Of a stretch of 64,000 bases of DNA, positions 20,351-30,778 are shown one piece after another. The notes under the pieces were generated by a model. The model worked only from the letters and a program-made list of their open reading frames with translations, made no database searches and had not been told where the DNA came from. The translations under genes and the position numbers were made by a program. The first letter of the stretch is position 1. Every line of letters starts with the position of its first letter. Source of the stretch: Candidatus Bathyarchaeota archaeon (GTDB lineage: Archaea > Thermoproteota > Bathyarchaeia > 40CM-2-53-6); contig CAWHWX010000016.1 of NCBI GenBank assembly GCA_963833125.1, positions 455,622 to 519,621 on the forward strand, in the 5' to 3' direction.

Positions 20351-20704
20351 CTCGGCGCCCATACCCTTTCTAGAATTTAGTTCCGAAGCTACCCCGCAGT
20401 GCCGCGATTGCCCAGAGTGCGGCCGTTTACCGTTCTACCGGAAGATCCTTGCTAGCCTCTGAAGCCTCGACAGTTCCTTTTGGTATGCCCCAAGGGACAT
20501 GATTTCCTCAAGGCCATCGAAAGAGTTCATCTATACTCACAACAAGGAAGAGTGGTGTGCCAATAAAATTGATCGTATGATTTTCAACATGTCGAAATAT
20601 TACTCGTCTACACACTCGGAATGGTAGGCTAGAATTTAGAGCACCCAAAAATCACGCGGTGAATTGCATCACTATTTGCCAATGCGAAATATCTGGCAGC
20701 TCGT

Positions 20705-20911
20705 TCAAGTGGCGCGCTTGCGAGACCCAACAATGAGAGCTGCACAAACAACGGCTGCGACCGCTAAAGCGATGAGAATGTAGAATTGGTCTCCAAGACC
20801 AGAGGACGTATTGGTAGTTACTGGTATGTTTTCTAGTGAAAGCGGTGTTTGGCTTGTAGCGGTCGTCGTTTCGAGCGTGCTTGAGCTCGTTGAGGGTTGT
20901 CTGTGGGGCAT
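20705..20911 (-). other. Ser/Thr linker + TM anchor + basic tail; small membrane protein or surface-protein remnant
   Basis: STSSSTLETTTATS...FYILIALAVAAVVCAALIVGSRKR; no signal peptide. Confidence 0.4.
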
Positions 20912-21028
20912 TAGCCACGGCGTTTCCTACCTGGCAACCAGTCGACCGGAACCTGAACCAAGAACCGCTTTTTTCATTCAGCTTTTCCGTGGGGGATCGA
21001 GCAGCATGACTCGTTTCAATGAGTGAGG

Positions 21029-21130
21029 TGGCGGGCCCGCTGGGATTTGAACCCAGGATTTGCGGCTCCGCAGGCCTTCGGGAGAGTTGTAGCTCTCTCA
21101 CCGTCCTGATCCAGACTAGACTACGGGCCC
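21029..21130 (-). tRNA. tRNA-Arg(GCG) with encoded CCA and a 23-nt non-canonical intron (21076..21098)
   Basis: Acceptor stem GGGCCCG/CGGGCCC-G-CCA; T-loop TTCAAAT; spliced anticodon arm GTGGC-CTGCGGA-GCCGC. Confidence 0.93.
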
Positions 21131-21270
21131 GTTGCCCCTTTGGTTGTTCCTTTAATGGTTCGCATTAAGGGCGGGCACCAAAACAGTAACGACTGTCGGA
21201 TAAATTAACCTCGTTTCATGGGTTCTTAGACGGACCGTACAAAGCTCCGTACCTGGATTCCGGGTGAAAT

Positions 21271-22903
21271 CTAACTTAAGAGGCCATGGCGGTCCCGATC
21301 GCTCGACCTAAACTGCCGGGCCACGTTTTCGCTGCCCATGGCTTTGATGTAGGGCCCTAATCGGGGTCCGCGGGGTGATCCTAATAGAATGGTGTAAAGG
21401 AGTTTGAAGAAGTTCGAAGGTTCGATGGCGTACTTCTTCGCCAGGTTGAAGATGCTGTTTTGTAGAATCCTCTCGTCGCTTTCACTTCGTACAATCGATA
21501 TAAGGTCCTCTATCGCGAGTTTCTCTGTGTTTTTTATTTCAATTTTTGTCTCCGGGATCTCTTGAAAATCTTTCGCCCAATTTGTTGCATAATTTAGCTC
21601 CTGCTGGATCTCAGGTGTTACTCCATTCTTGAGATAGCCGTATTCGCGAAGTTTTTTTTCGATATAATCGATTCGATTATCGGCTGGCGAAATGGTCACA
21701 AGGTACACTAACAAATTGTATGGGACGTGAGCCCTTGCGGCTTGGGGTGGTTTGAGGAAGTAGGCGTAATCATAGAGCCCTTTGAGTTTAGCAGCTTCCT
21801 TCTCATCGCTCACCGTGCGTAATCCAAAGTAGATTTCTTCCAAGCGGTTTAGTTCGTTGACGAACGTGGGGATGTCCTCAACTCCAACGTTTCTCGCACC
21901 TGTAATTCGTTTGAACATGAGAAGGTTGAGAGAGGCGGGTGGAGCGTACTTGAACCATGTCTGCGGAGTGAGCACGTCAACAGCTGACTTCGATTTGGAG
22001 ATCTTTTGCCCACCTTTGTCGAGGAAAAGTTCGTAACGCACATGGTAGGGTGGAGGACAGCCGAGTATCTCTTCACAGATTCTGTCGTTGATCCGCACCG
22101 AGTCGGAGAGTTCCTTTCCGTAAGCTTCGAAATTTATTTCAAGCGCCGCCCACCGTGCCGTCGAACTCGCCTTTCCACGGAAGCTTTCCCCTTCCATCCG
22201 TGATATTCGTCTCTCCCTTGTAACCGCAACCAGTGAGTTGTTGGCCTCTGATTTCGGCCGTACCTTCGCATGAGTAGAGTACTTTGTCGGATTTCTGGAC
22301 AAACGAGGTTGATTTTGTTGTGTATATTCGTCCGCAAGAGCCGCAAATCGGAAAGTAAGGCAGCACAGCCGTGAACTTTTCCTGACCCACTTCTTCCTTG
22401 ACTATCTCTCCTACTTTCTCCGCTGACGTGAGTATTTTTCTGACCTGGTCGAGGAGGAGTCCTTTTCTGTAGTCTTCCGTTGCGGAGTGGAAAACATATT
22501 CAACTCCGCATTTGTCCATCGCATCCCTGAGTAGGGAATTAATGTGAACGGCGTAGCTTTCGTGGCAGTTGTATGGGTCTGGAATTGCGGAAACCGGTTG
22601 GCCTAGAAAATTCTTGAGCGAGTCGGGCATTCCAGTTGGGATTTTTCTCAGCCCGTCGAGATCATCTGAGTAAGCGATGAATTCGGCCTTTCGGCCTTGG
22701 GTTTCGAGAGCGATCTTTACTCCATAGGCCCGGATGGCGTCTCCTAAGCTACCTATGTGTGGGATTCCTGAAGCTCCCAGACCACTTTCGGTCCGGAGTA
22801 CGATTACTTTCCTGCCGAGTTTCTCTTCGTGTTCTATCACCCGGCGGGCGACCATATCGAGCCAGGTGCCGCGGCCTATGATTTCGGTTCTTTGGTCTGA
22901 CAA
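21271..22903 (-). CDS. lysS: Class I lysyl-tRNA synthetase; frameshift at ~22160
   Basis: SGIPHIGS, DDLDGLRK, GKLPWK joined to ARWAAL...YGKE, KISKSK, GPRLGPYI. Confidence 0.93.
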
Positions 22904-22993
22904 AGCTAATTCCCTTGTAATGTTGCGGCAGATATTCTTTATAGCCCCTGTGCGTACGGTAACAAATTCGTCAAGACGTAACTGATAGAGGAA

Positions 22994-23554
22994 GTGGAGA
23001 GTTCGGCATCGAATCGCTCAAACAAGACTGCATCAATTGTGGGCGTAACCGTCATCGTCCTCTTACTTGATTTGCTCTTCGTCTTCTACATGACCTCCCA
23101 TGGACTTAGTTCCATGACCAATGAGCTCAAGATCGGTGGGGTTGGTTTTCAGCTACAATGGTTACCGGTTCTCGGAGTCCTGCTAGTATCATTAGTGGCC
23201 TGGTACGATGCGTTCACGAGGATATTCCCTCGATGGGTTGGCACCGAGGTAGATCCTCTTTCACGCCTTCGTTTGATTAGAGTCATCACCTTATCGCTCG
23301 CAGTTTTTGCCTGCTTTCTATATGTTCCATTCCTGCTAGGGTCAAACTGGTACTGGGATGGAATAAGCTCCATGAGTCGGAGCATCACTCAGTTTCAGGG
23401 CTTTGGAAACTGGTTGTTAAGCATTGAAACGCCTCTGTTGTCGCTGGATCCATTGTGGCAATATTCCATTATCCAAATTCTGGCATGTGGGGCCATGATC
23501 TGCTGTACATGGGCGTTTGTGCGGCCGATGAGACGCCTGAGAAAACCCAGATGA
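22994..23554 (+). CDS. Hypothetical membrane protein (~4 TM)
   Basis: Hydrophobic segments; upstream of topA on the same strand. Confidence 0.65.
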   Translation: MESSASNRSNKTASIVGVTVIVLLLDLLFVFYMTSHGLSSMTNELKIGGVGFQLQWLPVLGVLLVSLVAWYDAFTRIFPRWVGTEVDPLSRLRLIRVITLSLAVFACFLYVPFLLGSNWYWDGISSMSRSITQFQGFGNWLLSIETPLLSLDPLWQYSIIQILACGAMICCTWAFVRPMRRLRKPR

Positions 23555-23615
23555 GCGACAGCAAAGCCAATCCCTTTCGCTCAGCGAACCCGCCCTTCGC
23601 CAGCTCAGATGTTAA

Positions 23616-23864
23616 TTGACGGTTGGCAAAATGGTCGATCAATGTTCTGTCTGCGAAAAACCTCGGAATGAACATTCAGAATACTGCAGCGTCCACGAAG
23701 CCGCGAAGACAAACCTAGAAGCCGAATACGCCAATTGGTTTAGGGCATTCAGCGGAGCTATTTCCAAGGAGGAGTATTTTTCGAGGTTGCTAGACCTTGA
23801 GGAAACGGGTGAGGCAGTCAAGAGGCTGATACTGCGCAGTCAAGCGAACGCGGTGCCTCAATAG
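23616..23864 (+). CDS. Small Cys/His zinc-binding protein abutting topA
   Basis: CSVC-x9-CSVH; stop codon directly precedes the topA start. Confidence 0.65.
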   Translation: MTVGKMVDQCSVCEKPRNEHSEYCSVHEAAKTNLEAEYANWFRAFSGAISKEEYFSRLLDLEETGEAVKRLILRSQANAVPQ

Positions 23865-25973
23865 TTGAAGACTACGCTTATTGTTACCGAGAAACCGGAT
23901 GCCGCGCTACACGTCGCAGAAGCATTGAGCGGTAGAACCCAAGGAAGAAGGATCAACGTTAACGGTGTTCCCTTCTTTGAAGTGAAAAACGGAGAGCGCA
24001 TCCTAGTCTGTTCTGCGCTTGGCCATCTGTACACGGTTGCGGCGAAAGGAAGTGGTTTGAGATCCCAATATCCAGTCTGGGATTGCTCGTGGAAGCCGAA
24101 GCATTTGGCAGAACGAGGGCAGCAGAGACAGGAAAAGTGGATCCAGTCCATCACACAAGTTGCGAAGGAAGCGGACCATTTTGTGAATGCGTGCGATTAT
24201 GACGTTGAAGGGTCATTGATCGGTTACACCGTTCTGAAGTATGCGTGCAACGGTGCAGATAGGAAAGCTCGTCGTATGAAGTTCTCAACCCTAACTGAGA
24301 AGGAACTAAGGGAAGCGTATGCGAAACTGCTTCCCCAGCTAGACTTTCCACTTGCCTTCGCGGGTATGTGTCGTCATGAGGTTGACTGGTTATTCGGCAT
24401 CAACCTATCCCGAGCTATGACCCAATCTGCGCTAAAGGCAAGTAACCGGTACCTAACGCTTAGCACGGGCCGAGTGCAAGGCCCGACGTTGCGATTTGTT
24501 GTTGAGAGGGAGAAAGAACTCCAAACGTTCGTGCCAACGCCATTCTGGACGCTTAGGACTAAGGTGGATGTGAACGGCCGAATCGTTGAAGCGGCATATG
24601 AGGCCGACCGCATTGGAGTCAAAGCCGACGGGGAAGGTATCGTAAAGGAATGTTCGGGCAAGACAGGGACCGTTGAGAAACTTGAGTCGACCACATACGA
24701 GCTCCCTCCCCCAACCCCATTCGACCTTTCAACGTTACAATCGGAGGCCTACAGGCACTTCGGCTATACACCGCGGTTAGCTCTCAGCGTAGCCGAACGT
24801 CTCTACTTGGACCAGTTGATCTCCTACCCTAGGACCTCCAGTCAGAAACTCCCGCGCTCAATCGGATTTGAAGAGGTCATGAAAGGCCTGGGCCGGATTC
24901 AAAATTATCAATCGAGCGTTCGGGCTGTATCAGCCGGGCGCCTCGTCCCACATGAAGGCAAGAAGGAGGATTCCGCCCACCCAGCTGTATACCCGACGGG
25001 GGCAGTTCCGAAACGGAACCTCTCACCGCAGGAACAGAAGCTCTTCGATCTTATCGTAAGACGATTCCTAGCAACCTTCGGCGAAACGGCGAGAAAACAA
25101 AGCGATAAGGCCACAATCAAAGTCGGTCAACGCAAGTTCTTGATGCGTGGATCTCGAATCCTCCAGAAGGGATGGATTCCACTCTACCGCCCTTACGCCA
25201 AAGTCGAGGAACAGGCTATGCCAAGTCTGAAGGAGGGTGACCTGGCGAAGATTGTTGAAATCGTACTCGAAGCCAAATACACCCAGCCGCCACCACGCTA
25301 CAATCCCAGCAGTCTCCTGAAAGAGATGGAAGAGTCCGGAATAGGGACGAAAGCCACCAGGGCTGAGATAATTGAAACCCTATACCGACGCGGATACTTG
25401 CGAGACCAACGAATGGTAGCGACCCCACTTGCTCTTCAGTTGACTGAGATACTGACGAAATATTGCAATAGAATAGTCGAGGTTACGTTTACACGGGAAC
25501 TTGAGGCGAAAATGGAACAGATTGAACAAGGGAAGGAGCTTCGGGAGCGTGTTGTCCTTGATACCGTTGATTACCTTAAACCAATACTGGAAAAGCTGAA
25601 AGGAAAGGAAGAAGACATCGGAAACGAACTTACATCAATAATCCGCGAGATGTGGCTCGGCTCGATCACGCTCTTCGTCCCTTGTCCAAGGTGCAGCTCA
25701 GCACTGAAGATCATAAAGAATCCGCGAACCAAGAAACGCTTCATAGGATGCTCTGGAAAATGGAAATCCAACTGTACCTTCTCCCTCCCCCTTCCACAGC
25801 TTGGCGCCCTAACTCTTCTTGAGAAACGTTGCCCTGAATGTGGCTTCCAATTGGTTCAGGTAAAGTCGAAAGGAAAGCGGCCGCTCGTGTCGTGCTCGAG
25901 ATGCTACGTAAACAAGGCTTCGATCCAGAAACCTATCCCATACACTCCTGGTCGCCATCCAAGATCAAACTGA
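23865..25973 (+). CDS. topA: Type IA DNA topoisomerase with C-terminal zinc ribbons
   Basis: LIVTEKP, NACDYDVEG, STGRVQGPTL, catalytic ISYPRT, GIGTKATR. Confidence 0.96.
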   Translation: MKTTLIVTEKPDAALHVAEALSGRTQGRRINVNGVPFFEVKNGERILVCSALGHLYTVAAKGSGLRSQYPVWDCSWKPKHLAERGQQRQEKWIQSITQVAKEADHFVNACDYDVEGSLIGYTVLKYACNGADRKARRMKFSTLTEKELREAYAKLLPQLDFPLAFAGMCRHEVDWLFGINLSRAMTQSALKASNRYLTLSTGRVQGPTLRFVVEREKELQTFVPTPFWTLRTKVDVNGRIVEAAYEADRIGVKADGEGIVKECSGKTGTVEKLESTTYELPPPTPFDLSTLQSEAYRHFGYTPRLALSVAERLYLDQLISYPRTSSQKLPRSIGFEEVMKGLGRIQNYQSSVRAVSAGRLVPHEGKKEDSAHPAVYPTGAVPKRNLSPQEQKLFDLIVRRFLATFGETARKQSDKATIKVGQRKFLMRGSRILQKGWIPLYRPYAKVEEQAMPSLKEGDLAKIVEIVLEAKYTQPPPRYNPSSLLKEMEESGIGTKATRAEIIETLYRRGYLRDQRMVATPLALQLTEILTKYCNRIVEVTFTRELEAKMEQIEQGKELRERVVLDTVDYLKPILEKLKGKEEDIGNELTSIIREMWLGSITLFVPCPRCSSALKIIKNPRTKKRFIGCSGKWKSNCTFSLPLPQLGALTLLEKRCPECGFQLVQVKSKGKRPLVSCSRCYVNKASIQKPIPYTPGRHPRSN

Positions 25974-26013
25974 ATCGTCGCAATCCCATTTTACGGCGAG
26001 TCAACCCTTGAAA

Positions 26014-26601
26014 TCAATGTTGGGCGTCTGTTTTGGGTATCGTTTGTAAGAAATACCAGCAGTAAAGGCACAAGGCGAAGACTAGAAAGGATACTTTCGT
26101 TGCGAAATTGAAGTTTACTGGGGGAAAAACATGGGCGTGAAAGGTGTTGGCTGTGAGATCAAGTGATCCTCCGTTCTTAAGCCAAGTGGTGAACCAAGCG
26201 AACATGTTCCAAAGGAATTCGTACCCCGCAGCGAATGAGCCCGTTAACAGTATAGCCCTCACGCCGCGAGTACCAACCCGGCTGATCCGATCCTTGTTGC
26301 CTTGCAGGACGAAAACTGTTCCGCAGAAGACGAAGTAAGTCATCAAAGTGACGGGCTTAAATGTTGTAAGCTGATTCAACGGGTAGGGCGGAGAGATCAC
26401 CCCTGTAACATACCTCTCTCCGAATGATCCCTCAGAGGGAACGGTGATTGCGTAATATACGATGATCACTACTGCGAGTGTTAGGAGCAAGAACCCCGCG
26501 AACGCCATTACCTTGTCACTATGTTTCGTATCCGAACCCGTCCATTTGTGAGCTGACTTGCTCTGCGCCTCGGGGTTGAAAAGCCTTATACACGCTGCCA
26601 A
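26014..26601 (-). CDS. Hypothetical membrane protein
   Basis: About four hydrophobic segments. Confidence 0.6.
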   Translation of the reverse strand: MAACIRLFNPEAQSKSAHKWTGSDTKHSDKVMAFAGFLLLTLAVVIIVYYAITVPSEGSFGERYVTGVISPPYPLNQLTTFKPVTLMTYFVFCGTVFVLQGNKDRISRVGTRGVRAILLTGSFAAGYEFLWNMFAWFTTWLKNGGSLDLTANTFHAHVFPPVNFNFATKVSFLVFALCLYCWYFLQTIPKTDAQH

Positions 26602-26638
26602 GTTAGCTCGTTTTGCAATTAACTAGAAGGACCCGGCA

Positions 26639-27949
26639 GTGTTTTCGTTCCCAGGAAACCTTTCCAGCATTCAACAATTGGTCCTTGTTCTGGTCGCGAC
26701 CGTTACCGGTCTTATTTCTATTTACGCAATCAACGTCTGGGTCCTGAGCCTCCTATCGATCCGAGGAAGGAGAAAAATATCGAATCCGCCACAATTGGAC
26801 TCCTGGCCTTACGTCTCAATTCACCTGCCAATATTCAACGAAGAACGGGTCGTCGGTCGTCTGCTTGAGGCATGCGTAGGATTAGACTACCCGCGTGATC
26901 GTTTCGAGATTTTGGTTGTTGATGATTCAACTGACGGCACTACTAAGGTGGCACAGGGTTTCCAGAGCAAATATCCCGGCCTTGTGAAGGTCATTCATAG
27001 AGACGATCGCGTGGGGTTCAAAGCCGGCGCGCTTCAGGTTGCCCTCGCAAAAAGCAAAGGCGAACTGATCGCCCTATTTGATGCAGATTATGTTCCTCCC
27101 CATGATTTTCTTAAAAGAATGGTCCCTTACGTCTACGTGAACGATAGAGTGGCCTTTGTCCAATCTCGTTGGAGTTACTTGGACGGCCAGTTCTCTTGGA
27201 TCGCCAAAGCTCTCTCGCTCGCTATCGATGTCTACGCCTTTGTCGATCAAAGGGCCAGATATGTCGGGAACCTGTTGGCACATTTCAGCGGGACGTGTGG
27301 CGTCTTCAGAAAGCAGGCTATTGAGGATGCAGGAGGATGGAGCCCAGAGACATTGGCAGAGGATTTGGACCTCTCGATTAGGCTGCACTTGAAGGGTTGG
27401 CGCTACATCTACGTTCCATCCGTCGTCTGTCCCGGTGAGATTCCGCCGAGCTTCGATAACTTAAGGCATCAACAATTCAGATGGGCGAAAGGGTTCTCGG
27501 AATGTCTCAGGAAGTACGGTGGGGACATTGCGCGAAGCGACGAATTGAGTTTCTTTCAGAAGGTCGAAGCTCTTTTGCATCTCGGCACCTATTTCATCTG
27601 CCCCTTGACCATCATGGGGCTCGTCGTGGCCTTGTTGTACTATGCTATTTTTCCGCCTTCGTTTTGGTTGATGGGCTTCTGGCGTTATCAAGTCGCGCTG
27701 TTCACATTTCTTCTCTCCTTGGTTATCTATAGCGCCCCGGTCGTTGCTTCAGTTGTGGCGCTTTCAGAAGTCTCGCAATTCGGCATTTCAAGGATGAAGA
27801 GAGTGTTTCATTTGGGGTACTTGGGAGCGATCGTCTACGGTTTGCTGCTGAGCAACACTAAGGCAGTTATTGAGGGGCTGTTCTCAAAAACCTCTTACTT
27901 CTATAGAACCCCAAAGCTTGGTTCAATTTCGGTTACGAAAGAAAGCTAA
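26639..27949 (+). CDS. GT2 membrane glycosyltransferase (cellulose synthase-like)
   Basis: DDSTD, FKAGAL, FDADY, AEDLD, QQFRWAKG. Confidence 0.92.
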   Translation: MFSFPGNLSSIQQLVLVLVATVTGLISIYAINVWVLSLLSIRGRRKISNPPQLDSWPYVSIHLPIFNEERVVGRLLEACVGLDYPRDRFEILVVDDSTDGTTKVAQGFQSKYPGLVKVIHRDDRVGFKAGALQVALAKSKGELIALFDADYVPPHDFLKRMVPYVYVNDRVAFVQSRWSYLDGQFSWIAKALSLAIDVYAFVDQRARYVGNLLAHFSGTCGVFRKQAIEDAGGWSPETLAEDLDLSIRLHLKGWRYIYVPSVVCPGEIPPSFDNLRHQQFRWAKGFSECLRKYGGDIARSDELSFFQKVEALLHLGTYFICPLTIMGLVVALLYYAIFPPSFWLMGFWRYQVALFTFLLSLVIYSAPVVASVVALSEVSQFGISRMKRVFHLGYLGAIVYGLLLSNTKAVIEGLFSKTSYFYRTPKLGSISVTKES

Positions 27950-28464
27950 CCCGCCGAAGTCTGGGGAGTCTCCGGACTCGTAGCCGGAGCCGAGGTTAAT
28001 CCGCGCAGTCTGTCCAAGATTCTGTCACTCTTCAAGGTATTTCTCCTGTCGATGAGCAGCAGAAACGAGAAGCAGAGGAAGACCAAGTAAACTACCATAG
28101 ACGCGTTGAACACGGCAACGGTCGGGTTCGGGTACCAGCCTACGAGGTTCACGGAGAACATGAGTGCGTAGACGAATTCGGCCGCAAGCAATGGGAATGT
28201 GAAGAGCCCAAGCCAGTAAGCCCATCGGGACAATGAGAAGAGAGCCGCCGCGATGACTAAGGAAACAACTCCAAGGGCTAGCAGATGGTAGGCGGAGAGG
28301 CTGAACATCGCCCAAAAGGCGAGCATGTAAACCCCTCCAGCAGCATAGAATACCATGGGAATCCAAATTCCTGCAGTTCGTTCAGTGAATGTTTCGGTCA
28401 ATCTTTCGCCGCTCCTGTTGCGAGGCCTTATTACGCCAGAAGAGGTGCCATAAAGGTTTACCAT
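27946..28464 (-). CDS. Hypothetical membrane protein (4 TM)
   Basis: Hydrophobic segments. Confidence 0.6.
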   Translation of the reverse strand: MVNLYGTSSGVIRPRNRSGERLTETFTERTAGIWIPMVFYAAGGVYMLAFWAMFSLSAYHLLALGVVSLVIAAALFSLSRWAYWLGLFTFPLLAAEFVYALMFSVNLVGWYPNPTVAVFNASMVVYLVFLCFSFLLLIDRRNTLKSDRILDRLRGLTSAPATSPETPQTSAG

Positions 28465-28486
28465 TCCAAGAAAGAGGCGTGACTGA

Positions 28487-29377
28487 ATGCAGAATCTTAG
28501 TTTTCACACCTCGAAGACTGATAACTTTTCAGGATTCTCCAAACCCCTTAACGAATCGCGCTACGTGGTGGTCGGTGTGCCGTACGACCACACGAGCACC
28601 TACAGAGCCGGCTCCCGTTTTGCTCCACATGCTATTCGCGATGCGTCCTTGAACATTGAGACCTACAGCCTCCGAACCGGAATAGACATTGAACAAGTAT
28701 CAATTCACGATGCAGGCGACTTACATATCGTCGACAATGCAAGCGAAACTCTATCACGACTCGAGCTTGTCACGAGAGATATTCTGACCTCAAAGAAAGT
28801 TCCTGTAATAATTGGCGGAGAACACACAATCACTCAAGGAGCGGTTCGAAGCCTCCCAGAACGCGTTGGTGTGGTTAGTTTCGATGCGCACGGCGACCTA
28901 AGGGATGAGTACGGAGGCGGTAAGATATCACACGCTACAGTGCTGCGTAGGATTACGGAAAAAGTCGGCACAGAGGGTGTACTTGTTCTCGGAGTACACG
29001 CCCTTTGCAAGGAGGAAGTCGACTTCATCAACCAGCACAAGATTCAGACGATGACACCGTGGGAGATCCGTGAGGCTGGTTTGGCTAAAGCGGAAGAACG
29101 TGTGGCGGCCTTTACGAAAAAGTTCGACCACACGTACCTTACTGTTGATTCTGATGCTCTCGACCCAGCCTTTGCGCCGGGCGTCTCAAACCCGGAGTTC
29201 GACGGCTTGGCACCCGACGAACTATTGTCATTGGCAAGGGTTGTGGCGGACGAACGTATGCTAGGGTTCGATCTGGTTGAGGTTTGCCCAAACTACGACT
29301 CTGGGGCCACAGCTGTCGCGGCGGCTCGGATAATCTTCGAAGTCATTGCGCAAGCCGAGAAAGCGAGAACCGGCTAG
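28487..29377 (+). CDS. speB: Agmatinase
   Basis: GGEHTIT, FDAHGDLRD, SHAT, DSDALDP, DLVEVCP. Confidence 0.92.
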   Translation: MQNLSFHTSKTDNFSGFSKPLNESRYVVVGVPYDHTSTYRAGSRFAPHAIRDASLNIETYSLRTGIDIEQVSIHDAGDLHIVDNASETLSRLELVTRDILTSKKVPVIIGGEHTITQGAVRSLPERVGVVSFDAHGDLRDEYGGGKISHATVLRRITEKVGTEGVLVLGVHALCKEEVDFINQHKIQTMTPWEIREAGLAKAEERVAAFTKKFDHTYLTVDSDALDPAFAPGVSNPEFDGLAPDELLSLARVVADERMLGFDLVEVCPNYDSGATAVAAARIIFEVIAQAEKARTG

Positions 29378-29383
29378 TTGGCC

Positions 29384-30734
29384 CTATCCATTCGCGACTA
29401 TGAAGTATCCATTGCAATCGTGCAGGTGTGAGTAGAATCTCTGACATTTAGTTAGCCCTCGAAGACCCGGTGACCCAATGAAAGGAGTTTGGGGAACCAA
29501 ATTGAAATCGGGGTTTTTCTTGAGAAACGTCTCAACGATTAACTCGTTTTCCTCGGGGAGAACGCTGCAAGTACAATAGACAAGGGTCCCCCCAGGACAT
29601 ACGTGCTCAGATGCAGCTTGAAGTATCAGGCTCTGCCTCACAGAGAGTTCTTCGATGCGTCCCAAGGTGACCCGCCACTTGCTGACAGGATCACGAGCGA
29701 ATACACCAGTGTTCGAACACGGTGGGTCGACCATCGCAACGTCAACTTGACCATTGATCGGAAGGCTGGCAGCGTCCGCCATAATCGGTGAAGCAATTGA
29801 ACAGCCGCTCCGAGTAATCTCCTGCTTCCAATGGAGCCATCCTGTTTGGCGATAATTCGATTGAATAAATTTCACCTAGGTTATCCATTTGTGCTGCTAG
29901 GTGAGTTGTCTTGTTGCCTGGTGAGGCGCAAACGTCTAGGACGGACTGCCCTGCTCTAGGTGAGGCGACTAGGCCTGCGACTATACTTGCTAAATCCTGA
30001 ATGACAATTTCGCCTGAGGCTGAGAGTTTTGCCCTGTTCGGTTGACTTGACTTCTCCAAGAGAAACGCATTCTCGACTCCGTTCACCTTAACCGCATTCA
30101 GCTGTTTTGCGACGAGGCTTTCATCCTTGTTCCTTAGTGGGTTCAGGTGCGCAAATGTTGAGACTGGGCGTAGGTTTCGTGTCAAGATTTTCAGAGCTAT
30201 GGATCGTCCAAAGATCTGTATGAGTCGCTTCACATACCAAGCTGGGTTGCAAGTTTCAACGGCCACTCTCTCGAATTCAGGAAGGCCTCGATAGCCGTTC
30301 GGTTCACTTCTGGATACTAAACGTGCTATGTCCTCTTCATAGCGCTGGAGATCTCTCCAACCAAATATCTGCCTTGCCCAGCCTACAATGACTTCCAATT
30401 GATGTACACGTTTCGTGTCCACGTATTTGGAGTAGGCTATGATTCTAAATAGGCTCCGTATTCCGTGGGATGCTTGTTTGGTTCTTTCCTCGGGCACGCT
30501 TTGTGAGATTAACCAGTCGAGCCGATTTTGGAATCTAGTTGTTTCCATTATCAAGCGATGAGCTTGACGAAGGTCGTTGAGGTTGTTGAGTCCGAGTTGT
30601 CTGGATGCCTTGAGTAGGGCGCTTCTCTCCCCGATTCCCGTGTACGCCATCCAGCTAAGCGCTTCGATGGTTAGGGCGAGAGAATCGTTCGTCAAGGATA
30701 ATTCAAAACCTTGGGCTGAACTTGCACTGCGCAT
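29384..30734 (-). CDS. RsmB/NOP2-family RNA m5C methyltransferase; frameshift at ~29820
   Basis: QDLAS, LDVCASPGNKT, VDPPCSNTG, VYCTCSVLPEENE. Confidence 0.9.
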
Positions 30735-30778
30735 TTATTTAGTAGGAAGCTGGCGTGCTACGCGACTTGGTCGGAGGC

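Noticed and set aside
20565-21029. Integrated element at the tRNA-Arg (or tRNA-Gly) 3' end
   Set aside because: No integrase, transposase or duplicated tRNA 3' end (att site) seen in the window; only a possible gene remnant
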